A stretch of DNA of 64,000 bases from a virus (IMGVR_UViG_3300011115_000717:32001-96000); one strand, 5' to 3'; shown: positions 29,459 to 40,050, numbered from the stretch's first letter. The notes: generated from the letters alone by a model not told the origin. A program made the numbers and translations.

Positions 29459-31962
29459 AATTTTATACAGCATGTGCTCTTAAAGGGAACAAGGTTCTTG
29501 TTCGTGGATATCGTAATGGTGCCCGTTTTACGGACACTGTTTCATTTAAGCCCTCGCTGTACGTTCGTACCGACAAACCAACCAAGTATACCACTTTGAC
29601 AGGTGTCAAGGTTGGTCGTATTGAGTTTGAGACATTATACGAATGTCGTAAATTTCTTGACCAATACAGAGAACTAGATGATTGCCCGATTTATGGAAAC
29701 ACTGATTTCATTACTCAATATATCATGGAGACTTATGCGTCTGAGGTGGAATACGATCTTTCCAAGATCAAAGTAGCCTACTTGGACCTTGAATGTGAGA
29801 CGGAAGGTGGATTCCCTAATCTTGATGCGCCTAATGAACGCATCAACTTGGTGACGATTCGTATCTCTGGTGTTAATTATGTTATCACCATGAAGCCCGT
29901 CAAACTTCCGGACTGTAAAGTTATTTTAGTTGCTTCTGAAAAAGAATTGATTAAAAAGATTTTTGATATTTTGAAACACTGCGACCCAGATATTTTGACT
30001 GGGTGGAATATCAAACTGTTTGACATGCCTTATATCATTGGTCGTGCAAAACTATTCTTTGATGAAAAAGAAATTCAAGGATGGATGCCATTTGGGCTGA
30101 TGAAAATGCGTATTACTAATATTGGTGGTAAAGATTATACACTATATGAGTTTCCAGGATATACTATTCTCGATTACATGGATTTGTATAAGAAGTTTTC
30201 CGGAACTAACCAAGAGAGTTATGCCCTAAATAATATAGCAAAGGTAGAACTAGATGAACAAAAACTGGACTATACCGAGTATGGGTCATTGCGTGAGTTT
30301 TATACGCAAAACTTTCAAAAGTTTGCTGAGTACAATATCCAAGACGTGGTCTTGGTTGAGCGACTTGAGGATAAATTAAAGTTAATTGATCTTGCTGTTT
30401 CGATTGCATATGAAGCCAAGATCACCTTTGATACAGTCTTCTTTGCTACACGTATTTGGGAAACCATTTGTTGTGACTATCTTGCCAAACAAAACATTGT
30501 TCCACCACTAAAGACTAAGTACGCCAAGGACGAGCAGTTCATTGGTGCATATGTCAAGGATGTTATTCCGGGTCTGTATAAAAATGTTGTGAGTTTCGAT
30601 GCAACATCTCTATATCCATCTATTATCATTGGTTGGAACATTTCACCCGAGACATGTATTGTCAAGAATTCATCATTGAATGCGGATGACTTTTTGCGTA
30701 GCAAGCGCAAAGAGATTCCAGACATGATTCAAGATGCTGTTGATCAGAATGCATGTTTGGCATGTAATGGTTCAGTCTTCTCAAATACTGTTAAGGGATT
30801 CATTCCTACTTTGATTGAGATTACTTTTAATCAGCGTCAGGAAGCCAAGAAGAAGATGATCAAGTTGGAGAAGGAATACGAGATCTCGAAAGATAAGAAT
30901 CTTATTCCATTGATTGCTGCGCTTAAGATTCGCCAATCTGTGAAGAAGATTTTGGCTAACAGTCTTTATGGTTGTCTCGGTAATCCTGCCTTCACATACT
31001 CATCACCAGAACTTGCAACAGCAGTGACTGTTACGGGTCAGGTTATCATTCGCTCTGCTGAAGAACAAATGAATGCTTATATCAATAAGGTGATGAAAAA
31101 TAAAATTACAAAGGATTATGTCATTGCCGTTGATACGGATTCTGTTTATCTAAATCTTGAAGATATTATTTTTAGAGTCTCAGAAGGTAGTCCTATTAAA
31201 GATGTCACTTCCTTCATCGATAATATTTGTGAAAACAATATTCAAAAAGAATTAAGTGGGAGTATGAGCCTACTTACAACTAAATTGAATTGTCTCTCTA
31301 ATAAAATTGTATTTAAGCGCGAAGCAATTGCATCAGTTGGACTGTTTGTTGCCAAAAAGAAATATGCATTGCTGTTAAATGATCTTGAAGGTATTCGTTT
31401 TAGTGAACCTAAGCTAAAGATCATGGGTCTTGAATCTGTTCGCAGTAGTACCCCGGGTATCGTTAGAGCAAAACTCAAAGAGTGTATCATGATTATTATG
31501 ACACAGAATGAGGACAAGTTACGTAAGTATGTGAATACATTTTACGATGAATTTATCAAGTTACCTATTGAGGATATTGCATCACCAAGAGGAGTTAAAG
31601 GTATTTCAAAGTACACGAGTAATGCTGATATATATAAAGGTGGTACACCAATAGCAACAAAGGCAGCACTGTTACATAATGCATATGTCAAAAAAATGCA
31701 TATCGATAAAACAGTTCCGTCTATCAAAGAAAATGATAAAATTAAATTTGTCTTTGTAAAGGTCCCAAACCCATATGGAACCAATGGCAAAGATGGTGTG
31801 ATGGGATTCATCAATAAATGCCCACCAGAATTTGAATTGAAAAAATATATTGATTTAGAGAAACAGTTTGAAAAAACCTTTTATGAACCTCTTGACAATA
31901 TTTTACAAGTTATTAAATGGTCGATCAGTAACAAAATTACACTTGAATCTTTTTTTGGATAA
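29455..31962 (+). CDS. gp43: Family B DNA polymerase
   Basis: Exo DLECE, GWNIKLFD, YNIQDV; pol SFDATSLYPS, KKILANSLYG, DTDS, KKKYA; C-terminal LESFF clamp-binding motif. Confidence 0.97.
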   Translation: MKFYTACALKGNKVLVRGYRNGARFTDTVSFKPSLYVRTDKPTKYTTLTGVKVGRIEFETLYECRKFLDQYRELDDCPIYGNTDFITQYIMETYASEVEYDLSKIKVAYLDLECETEGGFPNLDAPNERINLVTIRISGVNYVITMKPVKLPDCKVILVASEKELIKKIFDILKHCDPDILTGWNIKLFDMPYIIGRAKLFFDEKEIQGWMPFGLMKMRITNIGGKDYTLYEFPGYTILDYMDLYKKFSGTNQESYALNNIAKVELDEQKLDYTEYGSLREFYTQNFQKFAEYNIQDVVLVERLEDKLKLIDLAVSIAYEAKITFDTVFFATRIWETICCDYLAKQNIVPPLKTKYAKDEQFIGAYVKDVIPGLYKNVVSFDATSLYPSIIIGWNISPETCIVKNSSLNADDFLRSKRKEIPDMIQDAVDQNACLACNGSVFSNTVKGFIPTLIEITFNQRQEAKKKMIKLEKEYEISKDKNLIPLIAALKIRQSVKKILANSLYGCLGNPAFTYSSPELATAVTVTGQVIIRSAEEQMNAYINKVMKNKITKDYVIAVDTDSVYLNLEDIIFRVSEGSPIKDVTSFIDNICENNIQKELSGSMSLLTTKLNCLSNKIVFKREAIASVGLFVAKKKYALLLNDLEGIRFSEPKLKIMGLESVRSSTPGIVRAKLKECIMIIMTQNEDKLRKYVNTFYDEFIKLPIEDIASPRGVKGISKYTSNADIYKGGTPIATKAALLHNAYVKKMHIDKTVPSIKENDKIKFVFVKVPNPYGTNGKDGVMGFINKCPPEFELKKYIDLEKQFEKTFYEPLDNILQVIKWSISNKITLESFFG

Positions 31963-31986
31963 TACATCAGAACGGAATGTTAAGAA

Positions 31987-32289
31987 ATGGTAAAGACCTT
32001 TAAATCTAGATATGGGGATGAACGAATCCTTAGAAAACGTAAAGACGGAAACTATACTCTCGAAGGTCACACCTTATTTTCTAGGAGTGGCGATGGTTTA
32101 TTTGACTTTGAAGGTGGTCCATGCATTATGGTTGGTGATAGACTACTTGACATTGTCAATGACGTAGATGACGTAATTATAGAATCAGTTACTATTGATG
32201 GCACTATAGTTGAAGAAAACTATATGCGTGTTATCATTACAACAAAACCTATTAAAAGAGGTAAGAATAAAAGTGACAAAAAAACCTAA
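31987..32289 (+). CDS. Hypothetical protein (paralog of 53701-53991)
   Basis: SRY.ER..RK, LEG.TLF.R, DFEGGP shared with the distant gene. Confidence 0.65.
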   Translation: MVKTFKSRYGDERILRKRKDGNYTLEGHTLFSRSGDGLFDFEGGPCIMVGDRLLDIVNDVDDVIIESVTIDGTIVEENYMRVIITTKPIKRGKNKSDKKT

Positions 32290-32656
32290 AGTTACTATTA
32301 CTAAAACTATTCCGTGGCAATATGAATACAATATTTTAAAAGTTCCATATCAGGAATTTTTAGAATCTATTGAAGAGATGCCATTCGCAATGTTATTATA
32401 TGAACATAGGTCTCATTGTGAATATAGAGGTCACAAATTAAAAAATCATCCAAACTTTGGTGATGACAATAATCGTGATTTATATAATAGAATTCATGCT
32501 ATTGAAAATGCACTTAAAGCACATTACTACAGACTTGGTGATGCTATAGAGGCATCACAGTATTGGGAAAACGAAAACTACAAACACACAAACAAGAAGA
32601 AAGAAGAGAATGTCAAAGTATCTAACAAATCTACTAAGCAAACTAAACAATCCTGA
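32273..32656 (+). CDS. Hypothetical protein
   Basis: ORF in operon; GTG start after AAGAGGT. Confidence 0.5.
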   Translation: MTKKPKVTITKTIPWQYEYNILKVPYQEFLESIEEMPFAMLLYEHRSHCEYRGHKLKNHPNFGDDNNRDLYNRIHAIENALKAHYYRLGDAIEASQYWENENYKHTNKKKEENVKVSNKSTKQTKQS

Positions 32657-33632
32657 TGCAGCCATCGTAGCCGATGGTATTGATGGTGCAGATGTCACAG
32701 GATTCATTGATACTGGGTCATATGTATTGAACGCTTTGTTATCGGGATCTATATATGGTGGACTACCTGCCAACAAGATCTCTTGTCTTGCGGGAGATCC
32801 CGCTACCGGAAAGACTTTCTATGCAATTGGAATCGCTACTCAATTCCTTAAAGACCACAAAGACGGTGTGGTCATATACTTTGACACGGAGCAAGCAATC
32901 ACTTCAGACATGTTTGCACAACGGGGAATCGATTCCAAAAGAATTGCAGTTGTTCCTGTTGCAACAATCGAAGAGTTCAAGAACCAGGCTCTCAAGATCG
33001 TCAATGACGTACTTGAAACACCTGAAGAAGACCGCAAGCCAATCTTTATGGTTCTTGATTCTTTGGGAATGTTATCGACAAACAAAGAAATGAATGATTC
33101 GGCTGAAGGTAAGGATGTGCGTGATATGACCAAGGCACAACTTACTAAGGCTACGTTCCGTGTTCTTACGCTCAAACTTGGTAAGGCAAAGATACCGCTT
33201 CTTCTGACCAACCATACATATCAAGTTATTGGTTCATATGTTCCTACCAAGGACCTTGGTGGTGGTACAGGTATTAAGTATGCTGCCAGTAACATTATTA
33301 TGTTATCAAAGAGCAAGGACAAGACTGATGAAGGTATCGTTGGTAACTTTATTAAGTGCACCAACTACAAGAATCGTTTTGTAAAAGAGAATATGCATGT
33401 ACAAACCAGATTGAACTATACTTCTGGGTTAAGTCGATATTATGGTTTGACAGACCTTGCAATTGAGTATAATATATTCAAGAAGGTCTCAACACGAATA
33501 GAACTCCCAGATGGTAGTAAAGCATTTGAGAAAAATATTGATGAAGATCCTGAAAAGTATTTTACAAAAGAAATTTTAGACAAACTAGACATTGAAATTC
33601 AAAAAGGGTTTAAGTATGGACAAGGCACTTAA
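32610..33632 (+). CDS. uvsX: RecA-like recombinase
   Basis: IDTGSYVLNALLSGS, AGDPATGKT, FDTE, VLDSLGML, TNHTY, GGGTGIKYAAS. Confidence 0.95.
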   Translation: MSKYLTNLLSKLNNPDAAIVADGIDGADVTGFIDTGSYVLNALLSGSIYGGLPANKISCLAGDPATGKTFYAIGIATQFLKDHKDGVVIYFDTEQAITSDMFAQRGIDSKRIAVVPVATIEEFKNQALKIVNDVLETPEEDRKPIFMVLDSLGMLSTNKEMNDSAEGKDVRDMTKAQLTKATFRVLTLKLGKAKIPLLLTNHTYQVIGSYVPTKDLGGGTGIKYAASNIIMLSKSKDKTDEGIVGNFIKCTNYKNRFVKENMHVQTRLNYTSGLSRYYGLTDLAIEYNIFKKVSTRIELPDGSKAFEKNIDEDPEKYFTKEILDKLDIEIQKGFKYGQGT

Positions 33633-33981
33633 AGACGTTTATATTATATTAGATGATGCATCTGAATATATGACATTAGATACAGTACCAATTAAAATTA
33701 TAGTTGATCCGTATCTTGATGTAGAATTTAGATTTCAAAAAATCAATATAAAAATGGAAGAAGAAAATTTAAATATTAATTTTAATGTTGAACTTTTGAA
33801 AAATCCAAATAATGTTGATGTTGAATTAAATAACCAAGAGTTCATTGACTTCTTGGGTAGAATCCTGTATGATATGCTTGTTAACCGAGACGATATTATA
33901 ACGAAGACTCAGGCGGAACCTGAGCAAATTGATCTCGAAGATGATGTGCACAGTGACTCCTATGGAAAAAATTATTCTTAA
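33616..33981 (+). CDS. Hypothetical protein in the gp40 position
   Basis: Acidic ORF between uvsX and gp41; assignment is positional only. Confidence 0.5.
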   Translation: MDKALKDVYIILDDASEYMTLDTVPIKIIVDPYLDVEFRFQKINIKMEEENLNINFNVELLKNPNNVDVELNNQEFIDFLGRILYDMLVNRDDIITKTQAEPEQIDLEDDVHSDSYGKNYS

Positions 33982-35365
33982 GAATCTTGCCAAGAACGAA
34001 GAATTTGCACGTAAAGTACTCCCCTTTATTAAGGAGGAGTATTTTACTTCTAGAGCAGAAAGAGTCTTGTACATTAATATCGAAAATTTTGTTACTAAGT
34101 ATACTTCACTTCCAACTAAAGATGCTTTGATTCTTATGATCGAAAAGTATAAAGGAATCAGTGAAGAAGAATACAAAGGTTCACTTCGGTTAATTACAGA
34201 AATTTTTGATAGCAATGATCGTGAAGATCAAGAGTGGTTACTTGACCATACAGAGAAATTCTGTAAGGAGAAGGCTATTCATCTTGCAATCATGAACTCT
34301 ATCAATATTCTTGATGGTAAAGATACCGAGTACACAGAATCTGCTATTCCAGAAATTCTTAGTAATGCTTTGGCTATTAGTTTTGATACCCGAGTTGGTC
34401 ACGACTTTATTGAAGATTCTGATATTCGTTATCAATTTTATAACAAGACCGAAAAGCGTATTCCGTTTGACCTTGAATATTTTAATACAATCACAGGCGG
34501 TGGGACTCCAACCAAAACTCTGAATATTGTAATGGCAGGTACAGGGTGCGGTAAGAGTCTTTTTCTGTGTCATCATGCTGCATCATGTTTGATGCAAAAT
34601 CTGAATGTTTTGTATATTACACTTGAGATGGCGGAAGAACGTATTGCTGAACGTATTGATGCCAATCTTCTTGATACTCCCGTACAAGATCTTGCAAGTA
34701 TGCCAATTGCGTCATACAAGAAGAAGATGGAGCAACTCAAGAAGCAATCAACCGGTAGACTTATTATCAAAGAATATCCTACAGGTGGAGCTAATTCAAA
34801 TCATTTTAGAATTCTTTTACAAGAACTTCGTACAAAGAAGAAGTTTAAGCCAGATATCATTTTTATTGATTATCTGAATATCTGTTCGTCATCGAGAATG
34901 AAGCAGGGTGGTAACACAAACAGTTACCATTACATCAAGGCTATTGCTGAAGAACTCCGTGGGCTCGCAGTCGAGTTTGATCTTCCGATCTTTAGTGCTA
35001 CTCAAGTCAATCGATCTGGGTTTTCAAGCACGGACGTTGGTTTGGAAGATACATCAGAATCGTTTGGTCTTCCCGCGACTGCAGATTTCTTCGTTGCTTT
35101 GATTCGTACCGATGAACTTGATGACTCTAAGCAACTAATGGTCAAGCAACTCAAGAATCGTTATAACACAACTGCTGTTAACAGAAAGTTTGTTATTGGT
35201 GTAGAATTCAACAAGATGAAACTACATGATGTTGACGAAGGTACGCAGCCCGTAATGGTTAGTTCTAACCAAAGCAGCAACAAGGATAAGCGTAACAACG
35301 AAGATTCTTATTACAAGAGTATCTCAGAGTCATCAAAGCAACTTAGTTCCGGATGGCAGATGTAA
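33962..35365 (+). CDS. gp41: Replicative DnaB-like helicase
   Basis: AGTGCGKSL, YITLEMAEE, IIKEYPT, FIDYLNI, SATQVNRSG, SESFGLPATAD, KQLKNRY. Confidence 0.96.
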   Translation: MEKIILKNLAKNEEFARKVLPFIKEEYFTSRAERVLYINIENFVTKYTSLPTKDALILMIEKYKGISEEEYKGSLRLITEIFDSNDREDQEWLLDHTEKFCKEKAIHLAIMNSINILDGKDTEYTESAIPEILSNALAISFDTRVGHDFIEDSDIRYQFYNKTEKRIPFDLEYFNTITGGGTPTKTLNIVMAGTGCGKSLFLCHHAASCLMQNLNVLYITLEMAEERIAERIDANLLDTPVQDLASMPIASYKKKMEQLKKQSTGRLIIKEYPTGGANSNHFRILLQELRTKKKFKPDIIFIDYLNICSSSRMKQGGNTNSYHYIKAIAEELRGLAVEFDLPIFSATQVNRSGFSSTDVGLEDTSESFGLPATADFFVALIRTDELDDSKQLMVKQLKNRYNTTAVNRKFVIGVEFNKMKLHDVDEGTQPVMVSSNQSSNKDKRNNEDSYYKSISESSKQLSSGWQM

Positions 35366-36351
35366 TGCAGACTGTTGTCGATAAAAAATATATTAATATG
35401 GTTTCTCCTTCTCTTGAAAAATTCAAGTGGAAGAAAGATAACATGGCAGCGTGTCGGTGTTTTAAGTGTGGTGATTCACAGAAAAATAAAACAAAGACTC
35501 GTGGATATTTTTATGTCAACAAGGATCAGTATTATTACAAATGCCATAACTGTGGATTCTGCTGTACTGTAAAGACAGTTCTAGAAAACTTGTCCCCACA
35601 ATTGGCAAAAGAATATTCATTAGAAACATATAAAATGAATATTGGTCGTAATATGTTTATGACAGTGGAGTCTCCGGTAAAGGAACGCATTGTACCAGAC
35701 TATATTGGAAAATGTATTACAGATCTTCCTAAAGATCATTACGCTAGAGAATACGTAATGAAGAGACAAATCCCAGAAGACAAATTACATCTCTTATATT
35801 TTACAGAAGATTTTTCTAAGATTGCAGAGAAGTTTTTTAAAACTTCATTTAGAGAACCAAGACTTGTAATTCCGTTTTTTGATGATAAGGATAGAGTTGT
35901 TGGTGTTCAGGGTCGTTCATTCGAAGTCAATGCAAAGATTCGATACATTACATACAAGAGCCCACACATTGAGCGTTTATGGTATGGGCTGAACAACATT
36001 AATGCTTTGAAGCCAGTTTACGTAGTGGAAGGCCCGATTGATTCATTGTTTCTATCGAATGCCATTGCCATGGTAGGATCTAGTTATCCAGACCCACTAC
36101 CCACAAAAATTGAAAATAGTAAATTAATTTTTGTATTTGATAACGAACCTAGAAATATTGTCTTACACCACATGATGGAAAGGGCAATAAACGAGGGTCA
36201 TAAAATTGTAATTTGGCCTTCTATGCCTGAAAAAGATATTAATGAAATTTGTCTTAAATATGGTGTAGAGAAGATGAAACAAATGCTAGATAGTAGTACC
36301 TATTCGACAAATGCTGCCAGACTAAAATTTGGTGCGTGGAAAAGATCTTAA
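35353..36351 (+). CDS. gp61: DNA primase
   Basis: Zn finger CFKCGDS..CHNCG, RLVIPF, QGR, TOPRIM VVEGPIDSLF, FDNEPRN, KDINE. Confidence 0.95.
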   Translation: MADVMQTVVDKKYINMVSPSLEKFKWKKDNMAACRCFKCGDSQKNKTKTRGYFYVNKDQYYYKCHNCGFCCTVKTVLENLSPQLAKEYSLETYKMNIGRNMFMTVESPVKERIVPDYIGKCITDLPKDHYAREYVMKRQIPEDKLHLLYFTEDFSKIAEKFFKTSFREPRLVIPFFDDKDRVVGVQGRSFEVNAKIRYITYKSPHIERLWYGLNNINALKPVYVVEGPIDSLFLSNAIAMVGSSYPDPLPTKIENSKLIFVFDNEPRNIVLHHMMERAINEGHKIVIWPSMPEKDINEICLKYGVEKMKQMLDSSTYSTNAARLKFGAWKRS

Positions 36352-36352
36352 T

Positions 36353-36556
36353 ATGATAAAAGACAACTCAGACAATAATGATGGAATAGAAAAGAAAGTT
36401 TGCCAAGCTTTTTTACAGTTTAATAATTATTTTAGTTTATATGTAAAAGAAGTAGATTTAGATTTATGGAATAGAGCAGTTGAGTTTGCCAAAGACAGCG
36501 TTGATGTCCCCGGTGTATCTTTAAAATTTATTGATAACGATAATACAGACGAGTAA
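36353..36556 (+). CDS. Small hypothetical protein
   Basis: Fills the primase-thyX gap. Confidence 0.5.
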   Translation: MIKDNSDNNDGIEKKVCQAFLQFNNYFSLYVKEVDLDLWNRAVEFAKDSVDVPGVSLKFIDNDNTDE

Positions 36557-36564
36557 TAAAAATT

Positions 36565-37284
36565 ATGAAACAAAGAATAACTGTCCTTGATAAAGGACAC
36601 GTAGATCTTATTGATGTGATGGGTTCTGATTTAACAGTCGCCAATGCAGCCCGAGTTTCTTTTAATAAAGAAAGTGAATGGGATACAGATCTTAATTGGC
36701 TTGATAAAACAATAGAGAAGACCTTATCCGCAAAAGATAAAAAATTAATTGCCTATCTTGCAAAACATAAACATTGGACACCTTTTGCTCACCCACAAAT
36801 AACAGTAAGAATTAAGGCTCCTATTTTTATTCGCACTCAACTTTTTAAACACAAAGTTGGATTTGTAGAAAATGAAGTAAGCCGTAGATATGTAACTGAT
36901 ACTCCAGAATTTTATATTCCAAGATGGAGATCAGCACCAACGTCCGGTGCAAAACAAGGGAGTACCGATTTTATTTTAGATTCTGTAGTTGAAGATAAAC
37001 TGAATACAGAGTATAATATGGTAATCGAAGGAGCTTTGAAAACATATGAAAATCTTTTGGAACAGGGTGTCGCCCCAGAACAGGCGCGATCCGTCTTACC
37101 ACAAGGCGCGTATACGGAGTGGTGGTGGACTGGATCACTTGCGGGTTTTGCTCGGGTCTACAACCAACGAAGTGAGGCACACTCTCAATGGGAAGTACGT
37201 GAGTATTCCAATGCGATTGCCGCATCGATTTCCCCGTTCTTCCCTGTATCTTGGGAACATCTGACTAGTAAGGACAACACATGA
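36565..37284 (+). CDS. thyX: Flavin-dependent thymidylate synthase
   Basis: ANAARVSF, HWTPFAH, APIFIRTQLFKHKVGFVENEVSRRY, APEQARSVLPQ, HSQWEVR. Confidence 0.93.
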   Translation: MKQRITVLDKGHVDLIDVMGSDLTVANAARVSFNKESEWDTDLNWLDKTIEKTLSAKDKKLIAYLAKHKHWTPFAHPQITVRIKAPIFIRTQLFKHKVGFVENEVSRRYVTDTPEFYIPRWRSAPTSGAKQGSTDFILDSVVEDKLNTEYNMVIEGALKTYENLLEQGVAPEQARSVLPQGAYTEWWWTGSLAGFARVYNQRSEAHSQWEVREYSNAIAASISPFFPVSWEHLTSKDNT

Positions 37285-39167
37285 CAAATTTATCACCATT
37301 TCAAGAATTTATTTTTATCTCTCGTTATTCACGTTGGATCAACTCACAAAATCGCAGAGAGACGTGGACAGACTGCGTAGATCGTTGGTGGGATTACTTT
37401 ACCACTAAAGTTCCATCGTTACTCGAACGTCCCGATGTACGTGAAGCAATTCTAGCACTCGAAGTACTACCTTCCATGCGTAGTCTCATGACTGCAGGGA
37501 AAGCACTAGATCATGATAACACATGTCTTTATAATTGCTCGTACCTTCCTATTGATTCTATTGATTCATTTGCGGAACTGTTTGTTATTCTCATGAATGG
37601 TACAGGTACCGGGTATTCTGTTGAAAGACAATACACAGATAAACTTCCAACTGTTGCCAACAAGATTGTAAAGAATTTTGATAAGGTAATCGTTGTTGAA
37701 GATTCAAAGGAAGGTTGGGGAGATGCAATTAAAACATTATTCAGCGATCTCTATGCTGGTAAGCATCCTAAATGGGACTTGTCAAAAATTAGAGCATCTG
37801 GTGCACGACTTAAAACTTTTGGTGGTCGTGCTTCTGGTCCTGCTCCATTAGACAATTTATTCAAATTTATAGTAAAGGTCTTCTACAACGCACAGGGACG
37901 CAAACTTTCGGCTCTTGAGTGCCATGACACATGCTGTGCCATCGCTAATGCCGTAATCGTGGGTGGAGTCCGTAGATCAGCCATGATCTCTCTCAGTGAT
38001 CTGGGAGACCGGGAAATTGCCCTGTGCAAGAGTGGCGCATGGTGGGAGCAAGCCGGGTTCCGGTCTTACGCCAATAACTCAGCCGTGTATCGCGGAAGAC
38101 CCCCCATGGGACAGTTTCTTGAGGAGTGGACCTCTCTGTACAACTCCCACAGCGGAGAACGCGGTATGATCAATCGTAGGGCACTTCAAGAGCAAGCAGC
38201 GAAGTGTGGGAGAGACCCGGATTGTGAATATGGTACCAATCCGTGTGCAGAAATTATTCTGAAACCTTTTGAATTTTGCAATCTTTCAACTGTGGTAGTT
38301 CGTACCGATGATACCGCAGCCAGCCTCAAGAAGAAGATTGAAATTGCCACTATTATTGGGACTGTGCAGTCTACTTTTGTGAAATTTCCTTATCTTCGTC
38401 CTGAGTGGAAGAAGAACTGTGAAGAGGAAAGATTGCTTGGTGTTTCCATGACAGGAATTTTTGATAATAAACTTACCAGTGGTCTTGAAGGTAAGCCAAA
38501 ATTAGTTCGACTTCTTGAGAATCTTCGTGACCATGCAACGACAACGAATCTCAAATGGGCAGAGAAGTTGGGTATTAATCCTAGCAAGTCCATTACTTGC
38601 GTCAAGCCAGAAGGCACTACTTCTTGCTTGGTGGATTCTGCTTCAGGTTTACATCCACGCTATGCGGATTACTATTTCCGCAGAATCCGATTGGACAAGA
38701 AAGATCCTTTGTATAACTTGATGAAGGATCAGGGAGTCCCGTGCGAGGATGATGTGATAAATCCAACTTCTACTGCCGTATTTACTTTTGCAATGAAGGC
38801 TCCTCGTGGTACTGTTACTACAGAAGATCTTCGTGCACTTGACCATCTTGATCTGTGGAAAACATATCAAGAACATTACTGTCATCACAAGCCTTCTGTT
38901 ACCGTCAACTATAAGGACAGTGAATTCCTTGAAGTAGGCAATTGGTTATGGGAGAACTTTGATATGGCAACAGGTATTGCATTCTTACCGGGTGGTGACA
39001 ATCATACATACGCTCAGGCACCATTTGAGCAAATTGATTCTGCAACCTATGCAGCCCACCCAAAGGTCAAGGTTAATTTTAATGATCTCATGAAATATGA
39101 GATGGAAGATAATACAGAATCTGCTAAAGAATTTGCTTGCAGTGCAGGTGGTTGTCAGGTAGTATAA
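37281..39167 (+). CDS. nrdJ: Class II (B12-dependent) ribonucleotide reductase, monomeric RTPR type
   Basis: PSMR, YNCSY, GGVRRSA, GTNPCAEI, RLLGVS, CVKPEGT, C-terminal CSAGGC redox pair; no beta-subunit gene adjacent. Confidence 0.9.
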   Translation: MTNLSPFQEFIFISRYSRWINSQNRRETWTDCVDRWWDYFTTKVPSLLERPDVREAILALEVLPSMRSLMTAGKALDHDNTCLYNCSYLPIDSIDSFAELFVILMNGTGTGYSVERQYTDKLPTVANKIVKNFDKVIVVEDSKEGWGDAIKTLFSDLYAGKHPKWDLSKIRASGARLKTFGGRASGPAPLDNLFKFIVKVFYNAQGRKLSALECHDTCCAIANAVIVGGVRRSAMISLSDLGDREIALCKSGAWWEQAGFRSYANNSAVYRGRPPMGQFLEEWTSLYNSHSGERGMINRRALQEQAAKCGRDPDCEYGTNPCAEIILKPFEFCNLSTVVVRTDDTAASLKKKIEIATIIGTVQSTFVKFPYLRPEWKKNCEEERLLGVSMTGIFDNKLTSGLEGKPKLVRLLENLRDHATTTNLKWAEKLGINPSKSITCVKPEGTTSCLVDSASGLHPRYADYYFRRIRLDKKDPLYNLMKDQGVPCEDDVINPTSTAVFTFAMKAPRGTVTTEDLRALDHLDLWKTYQEHYCHHKPSVTVNYKDSEFLEVGNWLWENFDMATGIAFLPGGDNHTYAQAPFEQIDSATYAAHPKVKVNFNDLMKYEMEDNTESAKEFACSAGGCQVV

Positions 39168-39174
39168 ATCATGT

Positions 39175-39248
39175 TCCTTGGTAGCTCAGTTGGTAGAAGC
39201 GCGAAACTGTTAATTTCGATGTCGCTGGTTCGAATCCAGCCCGAGGAG
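39175..39248 (+). tRNA. tRNA-Asn(GTT), CCA not encoded
   Basis: TCCTTGG/CCGAGGA acceptor stem, CGAAA-CTGTTAA-TTTCG anticodon arm, GCTGG-TTCGAAT-CCAGC T-arm. Confidence 0.93.
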
Positions 39249-39256
39249 TTTAAATT

Positions 39257-39589
39257 ATGTTTGGATTGATTCTATTATCATTGATCGGTATCAGTATAGC
39301 AAATTGGATCTATGCTGATATATGCTATTCTAAAGCATATGATGATAAGCCTTGGGTAGTTTATGGATTATGTATGTTGGCTGCATTCATTAGTACCAAT
39401 GGTTGGTATTTTTTAATACGTAACATTAAAACCCCTAAAGATCTTTTGATTACAAATATTATATGGGATGTTGGTGCTACAATATTATGTGTTGTATTCC
39501 CGATCATGTTATATAACGTAAAATTTGATATGAAAACAATAATAGGATGTATGATTGCAATCATTGGATTACTTATTGCAAAAATATAA
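39257..39589 (+). CDS. Small 4-TM membrane protein (SMR/DMT-like)
   Basis: 110 aa with four hydrophobic segments. Confidence 0.55.
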   Translation: MFGLILLSLIGISIANWIYADICYSKAYDDKPWVVYGLCMLAAFISTNGWYFLIRNIKTPKDLLITNIIWDVGATILCVVFPIMLYNVKFDMKTIIGCMIAIIGLLIAKI

Positions 39590-39592
39590 ATC

Positions 39593-40027
39593 ATGGCAAA
39601 GAAACAAGTAAAAAAATTATGTATCACCTGTAAAAAAGATAAAGCACAGAAACACTTTAGAAAAAAAAGAGGTGCTTGTAGATCATGTGAAGCATATACT
39701 GCTAGACTTAGACGATACGACAACCCAATTCGTTCTCTACTCATAGGCGCAAGAACTAGATCAAAGCGTAAAAATATAAAATTTGATATTGAGGAATCTG
39801 ATATTATTATTCCCGAGGTATGTCCTGTTTTAGGAATACCGCTTATTCTTTTTGGTCCGCCTAATTCGCCACATCTACCATCTATAGATCGAATTGATAA
39901 TAGTAAAGGCTATGAGAAAAACAATATTGCTATTATTTCTTTTAAAGCTAATACTTTAAAATCGAATGCTAGTTTAAACGAATTAAAACAATTAGTCAAA
40001 TATTGCGAAGACCACACAAATAAATAA
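39593..40027 (+). CDS. HNH-fold endonuclease-like protein
   Basis: N-terminal CxxC..CxxC; CPVLGIPL, PSIDRIDNSKGY..NIAIISFKAN. Confidence 0.7.
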   Translation: MAKKQVKKLCITCKKDKAQKHFRKKRGACRSCEAYTARLRRYDNPIRSLLIGARTRSKRKNIKFDIEESDIIIPEVCPVLGIPLILFGPPNSPHLPSIDRIDNSKGYEKNNIAIISFKANTLKSNASLNELKQLVKYCEDHTNK

Positions 40028-40050
40028 ATTAACATCCTATAAATAATAGG

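Noticed and set aside
12791-39167. Introns or inteins in gp46, gp43, gp41 or nrdJ
   Set aside because: All are uninterrupted and of normal or compact length, with no intein termini visible
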